Source: Christensenella tenuis (GTDB lineage: Bacteria; Bacillota; Clostridia; Christensenellales; Christensenellaceae). From it: a stretch of 64,000 nt of DNA. Below, piece after piece: positions 8,585 to 18,735 of the stretch (position 1 is the first letter of the stretch; the number at the start of each line of letters is the position of its first letter). The translations under genes and the position numbers were made by a program. The stretch covers positions 194,024-258,023 of the forward strand of contig NZ_JACOON010000006.1 of NCBI RefSeq assembly GCF_014287795.1. The letters run 5' to 3'. The notes under the pieces are model-generated. The model was not told the origin of the DNA. It made no database searches and worked only from the letters and a program-made list of their open reading frames with translations.

Positions 8585-9487
8585 TTAAAACACATGTGAA
8601 AGCGCATACCATGCCGCGCCCCGGACGCCCGCATTCACCGCCGCAGCCCGTTCGATCACCATATTCTCAGCGGGATACGGTTTTTTCACATGTTCGTAAA
8701 TTTTTCCCGTGAGCTTTTCATACGGAAAATGATCCATCCCGAGTATACCGCCCCCAAGAATTACAAGCGTCGGGTCGAAAATCGTGATTTCGGCTGCCAC
8801 GGGGATAGCGCAGGCTTCTATAAATTCTGCCAACTCGCGGGCGCCTTTATGTACCCGAAAAAGATCGGCAAGGGCGCAGTCCGCGAAACGCTCTTCCCAC
8901 AGGGAAGCAAGATACGCCCCCGACGCATAGCATTCGATGCAGCCTTTCTTGCCGCAGCCGCAGGTCCGCGTTCCCCCGAGCACCGGAATATGTCCTGCAT
9001 CGCAGCCGCTTCCGTGCGCGCCGCGCAGCAGATTGCCGCGGTAATACACACTGTTTCCAACGCCCGTTCCGAAATAGAAAGCAGTCACAATATCCTGCGC
9101 CCCCATCTGCCGTTCCATGATCTCCGCCTGGAGCAGCATATCCGTATCCTTGGCAATGGCAATGGGCAGCCCCAGGCTTTCCAGCCTGCTTACCACATCA
9201 ACGCCGCCAAAACCCTCGTCCGGGTTCTTCAGGTTCGGACAGGGGAATACCGTTCTTCCGTCCGCGGCAACCGGTGCGGGAAAGCCGATCCCAATGGCTT
9301 GCGCATCCCGTACCCCATTCGCCTCCATAAACGTCCGTATCTCTTCGGCCAGCAGATCCGCCGCTTTCCCACCTTCGCACAGCGCTTTGCTCGGTTTTTT
9401 ATCCAGGCAAAGTACCGTGCCGTCTTCGCGCACCCATCCGATACGAAAATTTGTGCCGCCGATATCGACCCCAATCGCACTTTTCAT
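8585..9487 (-). CDS. ROK family sugar kinase (glucokinase/fructokinase-like)
   Basis: MKSAIGVDIGGTNFRIG N-terminal ATPase motif. ROK zinc motif CGCGKKGCIECYASG. Last gene of the long minus-strand sugar operon. Confidence 0.85.
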   Translation of the reverse strand: MKSAIGVDIGGTNFRIGWVREDGTVLCLDKKPSKALCEGGKAADLLAEEIRTFMEANGVRDAQAIGIGFPAPVAADGRTVFPCPNLKNPDEGFGGVDVVSRLESLGLPIAIAKDTDMLLQAEIMERQMGAQDIVTAFYFGTGVGNSVYYRGNLLRGAHGSGCDAGHIPVLGGTRTCGCGKKGCIECYASGAYLASLWEERFADCALADLFRVHKGARELAEFIEACAIPVAAEITIFDPTLVILGGGILGMDHFPYEKLTGKIYEHVKKPYPAENMVIERAAAVNAGVRGAAWYALSHVF

Positions 9488-9491
9488 GGTT

Positions 9492-10457
9492 CTATTTGTA
9501 TTGAATGACATCTTTTACTGCCGCAATCACGCCCGCCGCGTTCAGGTGGAAGCGCTCCCTCAGGTAATCCATCGGGCCGACCTCACTGAATTCATCGCGT
9601 ACGGCCAGCTTGCGCATTACGGTAGGCCGTTCCTCCGAGAGCACGGACGCCACCGCATCCCCAAGGCCGCCGTTTACATTATGGTTTTCCGCCGTTACGA
9701 CCGCTCCTGTTTTTTGGGCGTATTCCACGATCAGTTCCCGGTCGATCGGTTTGATGGTGAACATATCGATCACAGCTGTGGAAATCCCTTCCTGCTCCAG
9801 TTTTTCCGCCGCAGCGAGAGCCTCGCTTACCATGATCCCACAGGCAATAACCGTCACGTCGCCGCCATCCTTCAGTACGGCGCCCTTTCCCGGTGTGAAT
9901 TCGCTGGAATCACTATACACCTTCACGGCCGGCGCGCGGTCCGCACGAAAATAGATTATTCTATTTTCGTCCTTTGTGGCGTGCATCAGGCTCCTGAACA
10001 TCACGCTGTCCGTGATTTCAAACAGGTAGATATCCGGAATCGTACGCATCATAGCGATATCTTCAAACGTGGTGTGCGTGCCGCCGTTGAATTTCGCGCA
10101 AATTCCCGGGTCGCTTCCATAAAGGCGGATTGGGTTTTTCCCGTAAGCTGAAGAAATAAAGATTTGGTCAAAGACCCGCCGCGTAATGAACGGCGCAAAC
10201 GTATGTGCGTATACCTTTTTCCCCACGCGCGCCATGCCTGCCGCCATGCCGATCATATTCCCTTCCTGAATGCCGACGTTGAGCACGCGCCCCGGAAACC
10301 GTTCCTGTATCCTGTCGATCTTGATTGCCTTCATCAGGTCGGCGTCAATGGACACTACGTCCTCGTCGTTTTCCATCAGCTCCGCAATGGTATCCGTATA
10401 GGCCGAGCTCAGCGGCGCGGCTTCCGTTTCGTTATGAAATGCAAGTTCAATTTTCAT
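9492..10457 (-). CDS. transketolase, C-terminal subunit (split transketolase)
   Basis: Pyrimidine-binding and C-terminal domains (GIQEGNMIGMAAGMA...; TIKPIDRELIVEYAQKTGAVVTAENH). Confidence 0.9.
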   Translation of the reverse strand: MKIELAFHNETEAAPLSSAYTDTIAELMENDEDVVSIDADLMKAIKIDRIQERFPGRVLNVGIQEGNMIGMAAGMARVGKKVYAHTFAPFITRRVFDQIFISSAYGKNPIRLYGSDPGICAKFNGGTHTTFEDIAMMRTIPDIYLFEITDSVMFRSLMHATKDENRIIYFRADRAPAVKVYSDSSEFTPGKGAVLKDGGDVTVIACGIMVSEALAAAEKLEQEGISTAVIDMFTIKPIDRELIVEYAQKTGAVVTAENHNVNGGLGDAVASVLSEERPTVMRKLAVRDEFSEVGPMDYLRERFHLNAAGVIAAVKDVIQYK

Positions 10458-11310
10458 GTCGCTCCTCCTGTCCATATTGTTTCATTTGTTCCCGAAGTTC
10501 CGCCATGCAGCGCTGAGCGAGGTCTTCGGGCATATCCATATGATGGTTCAGGCAGCCGAGCGCCGCGATTTCGCTGCATCCATATCCTTTTATGGTATCG
10601 AGCAATATCACGCTTGGACGGCCTTTTTCCTTTTTCGCAAGTTCCACCGCCGCAAAGATCGATGCCGGGTCGTTTCCGTTTATCTGCTGCGTATGCCAGC
10701 CGAAGGAACGGAATTTCATGAACAGGCTCTTAAGCGGCATGATCTCGTCTACCGTACCGTCAAGCTGAACCTTATTGTAGTCTACAAAACAAATAAGGGC
10801 GTCGAGTCCGAATTTCGGTGCGGCAAGCGCGGCTTCCCAAATTTGCCCTTCCTGGCATTCTCCGTCCCCCAGAACCGCATAGACCGTATTTGGTATTCCA
10901 TCAAGCTTAAGGCCGTACGCCATACCCGCCGCAAGGGAAAGCCCCTGCCCGAGCGAGCCGGTCGTGCAATCAATCCCCGGCGTTTTATTCCCATCGCAGT
11001 GGCTTGGGAGGCGCGTCCCGCCCTGGTTGAGCGTATCGAGCCATTCCATTGGGAAAAAGCCTTTAAGGGCAAGCGCTGCGTAAAGCGCCGGGCCTGCATG
11101 CCCCTTAGAAACGACCAGCCTGTCCCGCTCTTTTTTCCGCGGATTTTTCGGATCTATATCCATAATCCCGCTGTAAAGGGAAGCGACCACATCTACTACA
11201 GAAAGGCAGCCGCCTGCGTGTCCAAAGCCCAGCTTTGCCAACTGGCGGATTACCTGCATGCGGATTTCCACCGCAAATTTCTCCGTATCCCTTATTACCT
11301 GATTTTCCAT
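10447..11310 (-). CDS. transketolase, N-terminal (TPP-binding) subunit
   Basis: GHAGGCLSVVDVVASLY, SKGHAGPALYAAL and GDGECQEGQIWEA motifs. Gene ends overlap the C-terminal subunit gene. Confidence 0.9.
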   Translation of the reverse strand: MENQVIRDTEKFAVEIRMQVIRQLAKLGFGHAGGCLSVVDVVASLYSGIMDIDPKNPRKKERDRLVVSKGHAGPALYAALALKGFFPMEWLDTLNQGGTRLPSHCDGNKTPGIDCTTGSLGQGLSLAAGMAYGLKLDGIPNTVYAVLGDGECQEGQIWEAALAAPKFGLDALICFVDYNKVQLDGTVDEIMPLKSLFMKFRSFGWHTQQINGNDPASIFAAVELAKKEKGRPSVILLDTIKGYGCSEIAALGCLNHHMDMPEDLAQRCMAELREQMKQYGQEERHEN

Positions 11311-11335
11311 AATTACATTACTCTCCTATCGCCTT

Positions 11336-11737
11336 CTATAACACTTCTGTAAGTTCCAGGTGTTCATTGTCCGGCCCGCGGAATAGGATCCATTTCGATC
11401 CATGAGGGAAAACGTCCGCATTGCAGACGGCCTCCTCTGTCTCGAACACGATCCCACGTGCGGCCAGAGTCCTTTTTACCGTTTCGATATCTTCCACCTT
11501 CATTGCGATATGGTCGACCAGTCCATCTGTCCGTTTTTGCAGTTTTTCCAGCCGCACAAGTTCGAGCGTCAGACAGCCGTTCTGTACGAAGGCAACGTCT
11601 GTAGTCGTTCCGTCTGCCTCCTTTACCCTGCATTCCCATATCGTTTTAAAATCCAGTATCTTCTCGTAAAATTCCTTTGATTTTTGCAGATCGGATACAA
11701 ATACGCCAATGTGCGCGAGTCCTTCCAATTTTGCCAT
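11336..11737 (-). CDS. VOC/glyoxalase family protein
   Basis: 133 aa; LAHIGVFVSDLQKSKEFYEKILDF glyoxalase-fold N-terminus with a paired beta-alpha-beta-beta-beta module. Confidence 0.65.
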   Translation of the reverse strand: MAKLEGLAHIGVFVSDLQKSKEFYEKILDFKTIWECRVKEADGTTTDVAFVQNGCLTLELVRLEKLQKRTDGLVDHIAMKVEDIETVKRTLAARGIVFETEEAVCNADVFPHGSKWILFRGPDNEHLELTEVL

Positions 11738-11765
11738 ATTGTCCTCCTCCGTTCCAAGCCCGCAT

Positions 11766-12884
11766 TCAGCGGTCCAGCTTTCCTCTTTTCCATTCCATCA
11801 GGAAACGTTCCATCTCTTCCGCCGTGCCCGTGCGCCCATTCCGCACGTAAAATCCCGACGTGGCTGTTCCGAGCATCAGCGAAAGCGCAGGCTCAAAGCC
11901 GCACAAATATCCATAGGCGAATCCCGCGTTGAAATTATCCCCTGCACCCGTGCTGAGGACGGGCTGCGCACAGAACGGACCTTCTACTTCATAATAATTC
12001 CCGCCCGTCATACAGGCTGCTTTTTTAACCGGGTGCACGACCAGGCAGTCTATCTTTATCTGTTTCGCAACAAAACGGGTGAGCTCTTCCAGCGGATAGT
12101 CACGATACCCTGCAATCGGTCTGCCGAACAGTTCCGCAAATTCGCACGCTTCCTTTTTGTTGAGCCCAAGAGCCGTTTTGATTCCCGCTTCCTCGAAACG
12201 CTCAAGCAGCCGGACCGCGCCGAGAATCTCTTCCCCGCTGCGCTTTTCCGGATCGGCAAAATCAATAAACAACGTTTTCCCCGCCCGGTTTTCCACATGG
12301 GGGAGAACTTCCTCAAGCAGGCCTTCCCATATCTCACTCATGTGCATAATCATCGACCAGTTGCTGAAGCTCAGAAGTTCTGCTTCGCGGACTAGGCAGA
12401 TCAGTTCTTCCAGACCCACCGCGCGCTTTACGTCGTCCCAGTCCATCAGATTCAGGGGAACAAGTTTACAACGGATGATCTTTCCGTCTTCAAATTCCAC
12501 CGCATCCGTCTGTCCTGGATCTGCCACGCCGATAACGCGCGATCCCTCCGCAAGCGGCCCATAAACCGGATCAAGCGCCCCGGTTCCAACCGTTCCGATA
12601 TAGGTCAGGCCAATCCCATAGTTTTTGAGCCCGATCGACATATTCGGCCCGTTGCCTCCGAGTTTCTTTGCGACTGTCACGATTTCCATGCTGGTACTGA
12701 GCCCCGCACCGTTACGGACCATGGTCGCGTAATCCTCTATGGTACGCACGCGTGTATAATGCCCGGGATCCGTGCGTTTATCCACCACATGCACCACTTC
12801 GTCGATAAATCCATCGAATCCAATCACGGCGGGGCGGCGCTTTTTGACCGCGTCTTTGAGTTTTTCTACCAGTTTTTCCTGCAT
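11766..12884 (-). CDS. PfkB family carbohydrate kinase
   Basis: 372 aa with the C-terminal PfkB signature GAGDNFNAGFAYG. Substrate not assignable from sequence. Confidence 0.75.
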   Translation of the reverse strand: MQEKLVEKLKDAVKKRRPAVIGFDGFIDEVVHVVDKRTDPGHYTRVRTIEDYATMVRNGAGLSTSMEIVTVAKKLGGNGPNMSIGLKNYGIGLTYIGTVGTGALDPVYGPLAEGSRVIGVADPGQTDAVEFEDGKIIRCKLVPLNLMDWDDVKRAVGLEELICLVREAELLSFSNWSMIMHMSEIWEGLLEEVLPHVENRAGKTLFIDFADPEKRSGEEILGAVRLLERFEEAGIKTALGLNKKEACEFAELFGRPIAGYRDYPLEELTRFVAKQIKIDCLVVHPVKKAACMTGGNYYEVEGPFCAQPVLSTGAGDNFNAGFAYGYLCGFEPALSLMLGTATSGFYVRNGRTGTAEEMERFLMEWKRGKLDR

Positions 12885-12955
12885 ATCGGCTCCTTTCCTA
12901 TTTTCAAAAGAAACGCGCGGAGTTCACAAAAGGCGCGTTTCCCGCGGCCCATATA

Positions 12956-13816
12956 TCACCGTTTTCCAGCAGAGCCGAACAAAATTATTTTTTTCTCCAC
13001 TTCTGTGCAGACCGCCTCCGCCACTTTGGCACATAGGTCAAGATAGCCGAGGTATTGACTTTCCTCCTCCATACAGTTTTCCTTCAGGCATTTTTTTGCC
13101 GCAATATTGAGGTCTGTAAAAATATTTATTTTCGCGATTCCGTTCTGGACCGCATTTTCAAAATCCCCGTCCGAAAGGCCGCTTCCTCCGTGCATCACAA
13201 GGGGAACCGGTACCTCCCGCCGCAGTTCTTTCAGCCGCTCGAGGTTCAGTTTCGGCTCTCTCCGGTAGACTCCGTGCACCGTTCCGATGGCTACCGCAAG
13301 CGCGTCCGCCCCGGTTTCGCGGATAAATTGCACAGCCTCGCGCACGTCCGTATAGTCGTCCGCGCTCTCCTCGTAGCCGTCCTCATAACCCTCCAGTCCG
13401 GCAACGTGTCCGAGTTCCGCTTCGACCGTCACATTCTTCGGGGCGCAAAACCGGACCACTTCCTTTGTACGGCGCACATTTTCTTCAAACGTCTGGTCTG
13501 AAGCGTCGATCATAACCGACGTAAAACCTGCGTCCACCGCGCGTTTGATATATTCAAATGATTTGGAATGGTCAAGATGAACGGCAACCGGTATATCCGC
13601 CGTCTCTGCCGCCGCGATCATCGCCGGGGCAAATTCTTCGATTGATACCAGTTTCTCAAATACCTCCGCAAATGCGAGGATAATGGGCGAATTATACTTT
13701 TCTCCTGCCTTGACCGCGCCGCGCAGCATCTCGATGTTGAACACATTGAAATGCCCTACCGCATATCTGCCTTCCCGCGCATGTTCCAGCATTTCCTTCA
13801 TATTTACAAGCGACAT
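12956..13816 (-). CDS. class II fructose/tagatose-bisphosphate aldolase family protein
   Basis: YAVGHFNVFNIEMLRGAV and the VAVHLDHSKS zinc-ligand block; GatY/KbaY/FbaA-like. Confidence 0.85.
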   Translation of the reverse strand: MSLVNMKEMLEHAREGRYAVGHFNVFNIEMLRGAVKAGEKYNSPIILAFAEVFEKLVSIEEFAPAMIAAAETADIPVAVHLDHSKSFEYIKRAVDAGFTSVMIDASDQTFEENVRRTKEVVRFCAPKNVTVEAELGHVAGLEGYEDGYEESADDYTDVREAVQFIRETGADALAVAIGTVHGVYRREPKLNLERLKELRREVPVPLVMHGGSGLSDGDFENAVQNGIAKINIFTDLNIAAKKCLKENCMEEESQYLGYLDLCAKVAEAVCTEVEKKIILFGSAGKR

Positions 13817-13834
13817 TCTGTTTCCTCCGCTGTT

Positions 13835-14869
13835 TTAGTCCGCTATTTTCACGACCGCCTTGACAATGTTCGCCTTGTTTTCTACGCTTTGATCCATCGC
13901 GTTCTGGATATCGCCGAACGGGAAAATATCCGTTACGATATTCTTCAGGTCGACTTTGCCCGCTGCAACCGCCTCGATCGCCATTGGATAGATGTTGCGG
14001 TAACGGAAGATTGTCTTGAAGGTTAATTCCTTATCGAGTGCGAGGTTCATAGGGATGTTTGCATTGTCTTTCAGGGAATAACCCACGAAAACGACGGTCC
14101 CTCCCTTTTTTGCGCCCTTGATTGCCTGCTGCATGGTGATCTCGTTGCCGGCCGTCTCGATCACCAGGTCGCAGCCCGTTCCCGCGGTCAGTTCCATGAT
14201 TTTACAGACTACATCCTGCTCCGCGCCGTTAATCACGCCTGTCGCGCCGAGCTCCATCGCTTTTTCCAGCCGTTTGGGCATGATGTCCACCACGTAGACC
14301 TTTGAAACGCCTTTGGCCCTCAGGGCCATCATGGATACAAGCCCGATACAGCCCGCTCCCATCACAACAGCCGTTTGTCCAAGCTCGGCGCCGCCTTGGT
14401 TTGCAGCATGAAAGCCGACTGCCAGCGGCTCGATCAGCGCACCCTCGAGAGTGCTCACATTGTCTGGAAGCTTGAAGCACAGGTCCGCCTCGTGCGCCAC
14501 ATATTCCTGAAACACACCGTCCACCGGGGGCGTCGCAAAAAAAATTACATCCGGGCAGAGGTTATAGCGTCCACTTTTGCAAAATTCACAGTGTCCGCAT
14601 GTTTTACCCGGTTCCAGCGCGACGCGGTCCCCCGCTTTGAGGTGCTTCACGTCTCTGCCTACTTCCACTACCGTGCCGCCAGGTTCGTGCCCCAAAACGA
14701 ATGGCGGTTTTACCACATGGCCGCCAATGGCGCCCGCTTCATAAAAATGAAGGTCTGAACCGCAAATCCCTACATATTCCAGTTTTACCAGCACTTCATT
14801 GTCTTTTGGCTGCGGGATTGGCCGCTCCGTATAGCCCATTTTTCCTACGCCGTTCATGACGGCAACTTT
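13835..14869 (-). CDS. zinc-dependent MDR alcohol/polyol dehydrogenase (sorbitol/L-iditol or galactitol-1-P dehydrogenase-like)
   Basis: Catalytic Zn motif [12 protein letters not shown], structural Zn Cys cluster [15 protein letters not shown], Rossmann motif GAGCIGL. Confidence 0.85.
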   Translation of the reverse strand, partial: KVAVMNGVGKMGYTERPIPQPKDNEVLVKLEYVGICGSDLHFYEAGAIGGHVVKPPFVLGHEPGGTVVEVGRDVKHLKAGDRVALEPGKTCGHCEFCKSGRYNLCPDVIFFATPPVDGVFQEYVAHEADLCFKLPDNVSTLEGALIEPLAVGFHAANQGGAELGQTAVVMGAGCIGLVSMMALRAKGVSKVYVVDIMPKRLEKAMELGATGVINGAEQDVVCKIMELTAGTGCDLVIETAGNEITMQQAIKGAKKGGTVVFVGYSLKDNANIPMNLALDKELTFKTIFRYRNIYPMAIEAVAAGKVDLKNIVTDIFPFGDIQNAMDQSVENKANIVKAVVKIAD

Positions 14870-15051
14870 CATTGTCCCTTTCAATATCCCTGTCTCCTCT
14901 CACTATGCGGATTGCCGCGCAAAGGCGGCCATACAGCCGCCTTTCGCATGCAATCCCAATCTTTTCAATCACCCACGCACATCATTTTTCAGTCGGGCCG
15001 GGCCGCCTCGCGTCCTGGCCGGATGTTCCGGTTGCAGATGTTTTTGAATGG

Positions 15052-16149
15052 TCAGGCAGCAGCGTCCTGATGCTGTTTTACTTCGTCTTCTGTAAGCTGT
15101 CCATTGTCTATATAGATCTTAATGTATTCATCTACGTTACTCGAATCCACAAGGATCGCTTCGATCGCGTAATCTTCCTGCTCGGTCGCGCCTGTCAGGA
15201 GTTCGTAGGCCAGCTTCGTGTTCAATTCGCCGAGTTCGATTGCATTTTGGAGGCAGGTCGCGGTCTGCAAGCCGTCGATTACATTGAGCATTCCGCCTGC
15301 CGTGCCGTCCACGCCGTACACGAGAGTGTTCTCAAACGCCGGATTATCTTTTGCCATATTGATGAAACCCTGCGCGAGCGCGTCGGATGTGGTCAGCGTG
15401 CAGTCCCACGTGCCGTAGGACTGTGCCCAGTCCTCGAATACCGCCATTGCATCCGCTTCGCTGCCCTGCTCGATAATCTGGTCGCCCAATACTTCGATAT
15501 CAGGGCGCTTTGCAAGCAGCTCCTCCTGGAACGCTTGATAGCGGGTCGTCGTATGCAAATTGCCCGGCAGGCAGTTCAGTATAACGATTTTGCCATTTTC
15601 CGGTATTTTTTCCGCCGCGTCCCTTGCGAGGACCGCGCCCTGTTCGTACGGATCTGCATCAACGCTGGAAGCGCCTTCAAGATCCGGAATTTTAGCGTTC
15701 GTGGTGATTACCTTGATACCTGCTTCCACCAGTTTTTCCGCATACGGCCGTTGGAGCTCGCCGTCGTTCGGCTGGATAATCACACAGTCGTATCCTTGGG
15801 TGATACAGTTTTCAAGCAGGGAATTCTCCTTTTCCGGATCGCCCTGGGAATCGAGAACGTCGAGCGTATAGGTGTCGGAATATTCTTCCGCCGATTTTTG
15901 CATTTCGGATGCAAGCCAGGAAGCAAATTGATCCGAAAGGGTACGGGCCACATAGGCAACCTTATACTTTCCGCCTTCGCCCTCGCTGCCGCTGTCCGAG
16001 GCCGCGGACGATTCGGCAGGAGCGGCGGATGCCTGTGTATCCGTTCCGGAATCTGAAGACGCCGCCGGCTGTTCGGTGCTTGCACAGCCTGTAAGGGCAA
16101 CTGCCGCAAGCATCACGCTTACCAAGATAATGCTAACTAATTTTTTCAT
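15052..16149 (-). CDS. sugar ABC transporter substrate-binding lipoprotein (RbsB-like, PBP type I)
   Basis: Lipoprotein signal MKKLVSIILVSVMLAAVALTGCAS, Ser/Asp-rich linker, periplasmic-binding-protein fold. Confidence 0.85.
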   Translation of the reverse strand: MKKLVSIILVSVMLAAVALTGCASTEQPAASSDSGTDTQASAAPAESSAASDSGSEGEGGKYKVAYVARTLSDQFASWLASEMQKSAEEYSDTYTLDVLDSQGDPEKENSLLENCITQGYDCVIIQPNDGELQRPYAEKLVEAGIKVITTNAKIPDLEGASSVDADPYEQGAVLARDAAEKIPENGKIVILNCLPGNLHTTTRYQAFQEELLAKRPDIEVLGDQIIEQGSEADAMAVFEDWAQSYGTWDCTLTTSDALAQGFINMAKDNPAFENTLVYGVDGTAGGMLNVIDGLQTATCLQNAIELGELNTKLAYELLTGATEQEDYAIEAILVDSSNVDEYIKIYIDNGQLTEDEVKQHQDAAA

Positions 16150-16219
16150 ACTTTCCTCCTCGTAATTTTATATTTCATTTTTTCTTCCGCTGCGTAGGTA
16201 TCGGAACCGGAAGAAAACT

Positions 16220-17191
16220 TTATTTATTTGATTTACTGGTTTGCCGGTCTTTGGAATAGATGTCGATAATAACAGCAACCGCAATGATCGCGCCGCGTAC
16301 AATTTGTTGTATGTATGAGTCTACTGACATCAGGTTCATGATATTACTTAGAAATCCGACGATCAGAGCTCCGAGCAGCGTTCCTACAGGGTTTCCAACG
16401 CCTCCTGTAAAACTCGTGCCGCCGATGATCGTTGCTGTAAGGGCATCAAATTCATAGTCTTTGGCGCCGTTTGGCAGTCCGCCGTTGACGCGGGACATGA
16501 ACACCAGCGCCGCGACGCCTACGAGCACGCCGTTGACAAGGTAAGCCTTCATTTTGACAGCGTTCACTTTGATACCCGAAGCATTTGCCGCTTCTTCATT
16601 TCCGCCGACCGCATAGGTAGAGCGTCCGAAGCGTGTATAACGCATAATATAAATCATGATGGCAAGTGCGATAAGCATGATGACAACGGGGATTGGGATC
16701 GGTCCAAAAGAGCCTTGGCCAACTATATTATAGTCGCCGATCTCATAGACGTTTTGCCCGCCCGTAATATAGAGCGCCGCGCCGCGCGCGATCGCCTGCG
16801 TCGCGAGGGTCGCGATGAAAGGCGGCGTTTTGAATTTCGTTACCATCAGTCCGTTGAGCGCGTTGATTGCCAGCGCTACGCCGATTGCTACAGCAAAGCC
16901 CACGAACAGGTTGGGAACCGCCTTATACGCCAAGACCGATACGACGCCGGCAAACGCGACTACAGAGCCGCAGGATAAGTCAAGCAATCCGGCGATAATC
17001 AAAATCATTTCGCCGAGGGCCAGCATGATGACGACCGATTGTTGGCGGAATACGTTAATCAGGTTGGTCGACGTCAAAAAGTTTTCGTTAGCAAACGTAC
17101 ATACGATCATGAATATAATCAGGATAAAAATAAGGCTATATTTGCTAAAGAAATTTTTCTTTCCTTTATTGAGTGTCATTTGTTTTTCCAT
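16220..17191 (-). CDS. sugar ABC transporter permease (RbsC-like)
   Basis: About 10 TM helices; conserved LDLSCGSVVAFAGVV and GGTSFTGG blocks. Confidence 0.85.
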   Translation of the reverse strand: MEKQMTLNKGKKNFFSKYSLIFILIIFMIVCTFANENFLTSTNLINVFRQQSVVIMLALGEMILIIAGLLDLSCGSVVAFAGVVSVLAYKAVPNLFVGFAVAIGVALAINALNGLMVTKFKTPPFIATLATQAIARGAALYITGGQNVYEIGDYNIVGQGSFGPIPIPVVIMLIALAIMIYIMRYTRFGRSTYAVGGNEEAANASGIKVNAVKMKAYLVNGVLVGVAALVFMSRVNGGLPNGAKDYEFDALTATIIGGTSFTGGVGNPVGTLLGALIVGFLSNIMNLMSVDSYIQQIVRGAIIAVAVIIDIYSKDRQTSKSNK

Positions 17192-17204
17192 TGCTTTACT
17201 CCTT

Positions 17205-18707
17205 TTATTGCACAGATTTTACAGCCAACTGCATAACAGCTTCCTGCGAAAGTTCGTCCTTTTCAAGCATGCCTGTCATATAGCCTTCATGCATGACGTA
17301 AACGCGGTCGCACATGCCGATGAGCTCCGGGAGCTCGGACGAGACCATGATAATGCTTTTTCCCTGCTTTACCAGTTCCATCATCAACTGGTAAATTTCG
17401 CTCTTGGCCCCGACGTCGATGCCGCGCGTCGGTTCGTCGAGGATCAGGATATCGGGTTCGCGCACCATCCATTTCGCGAGGATGACCTTTTGTTGGTTGC
17501 CGCCGGAAAGCGAGAACACCTTGGTGTCGAGCGTAGGCGTTTTGACCCGCATTTTTTCGCACATGGAGCGTACTGCGTCAAATTCTTCCTTTTTATACCA
17601 GCGGCCTTTCCTGATAAATTTATCCAGAGCCGCCAGCGCAATATTTTCCTTCACGCTCAACAGCGGAACGATGCCGTACCTGCGGCGGTCTTCGGACAGC
17701 ATGGCGATGCCGCTGCGCACCGCGTCTTGCACGTTCCTTATTTTGACTTCCTGTCCCTTCACGAAGATCGCCCCGCCATCATAGCGGTCAAGGCCAAAAA
17801 GCGCGCGCATGACCTCCGTCCGTCCCGCGCCCATCAGTCCTGCAAATCCAACGATTTCTCCTTTTTTCACATAGAAATCCATATCATGGAAGGTTGCTTC
17901 GCTGGTGAGGCCTTCCACACGGAGCATTTCGTCCGTAACTTCAACCTCTTCTTTGGGATACTGGTTTTCAATCTTGCGCCCTACCATTAGTTCGATGACC
18001 GTTTTTTCATCGATATCGGAGGCCGCGTGCGTCTCGATCACATTGCCGTCCCGCAGGATGGTGATATCGTCCGCGATCTTGAAAATTTCATCCATTTTGT
18101 GTGAGATATAGACAATGCTTGCGCCGCGCTGTTTGAGTTGTTCGATCTTTTCAAACAGCCTCTCCACCTCTTTGGAAGTAATCGCCGAGGTCGGCTCATC
18201 CATGATAATGATATCCGCATTGAAGGAAACCGCCTTGAGGATCTCGATCATTTGGATATCTGAAACGTTAAGGCTGCGCAGTTTGGTATCCGGCGCATAG
18301 GAAAGCCCCTCCTGTTCCAGAAGTTCCGTAGTTTTTTTACGGACAGCCTTCCAATCGATCACGCCCCTGCTTTTCATGGGCCAATGTCCGAGGCAAATAT
18401 TTTCTTCGAGCGTAAGGTCCGGCACGAAAGACAATTCTTGGTAAATCATCGCGATCCCCATGTTCCGCGCGTGCAGCGGATCGCGGATTTTAACTTTCTG
18501 GCCGTCCACGAAAATATCGCCTTCGTCTTCCTTGTAAATCCCGTTGATAATTTTCATCAGGGTGGATTTCCCTGCCCCGTTTTCACCGCATAATACGTGG
18601 GTTGTACCGCGGCGGAGCTGGAAGCTCACGTCGTTCAGGGCTTTTACCCCGGGAAATGATTTTGAAATGTGTTGCAGTTCCAACTTAATTGCTGTAGTTT
18701 CAGCCAT
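17205..18707 (-). CDS. sugar ABC transporter ATP-binding protein, tandem NBDs (RbsA-like)
   Basis: Two Walker A / signature / Walker B sets (GENGAGKST...LSGGNQQKV). Start refined to the ATG preceded by a GGGGGAGGGAAC RBS; the tracker ORF extends upstream without an RBS. Confidence 0.85.
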   Translation of the reverse strand: MAETTAIKLELQHISKSFPGVKALNDVSFQLRRGTTHVLCGENGAGKSTLMKIINGIYKEDEGDIFVDGQKVKIRDPLHARNMGIAMIYQELSFVPDLTLEENICLGHWPMKSRGVIDWKAVRKKTTELLEQEGLSYAPDTKLRSLNVSDIQMIEILKAVSFNADIIIMDEPTSAITSKEVERLFEKIEQLKQRGASIVYISHKMDEIFKIADDITILRDGNVIETHAASDIDEKTVIELMVGRKIENQYPKEEVEVTDEMLRVEGLTSEATFHDMDFYVKKGEIVGFAGLMGAGRTEVMRALFGLDRYDGGAIFVKGQEVKIRNVQDAVRSGIAMLSEDRRRYGIVPLLSVKENIALAALDKFIRKGRWYKKEEFDAVRSMCEKMRVKTPTLDTKVFSLSGGNQQKVILAKWMVREPDILILDEPTRGIDVGAKSEIYQLMMELVKQGKSIIMVSSELPELIGMCDRVYVMHEGYMTGMLEKDELSQEAVMQLAVKSVQ

Positions 18708-18735
18708 AGTTCCCTCCCCCTTGTTGAAATTGAAA

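Noticed and set aside
14872-16056. 394-aa + ORF
   Set aside because: Antisense to the substrate-binding protein and dehydrogenase genes.
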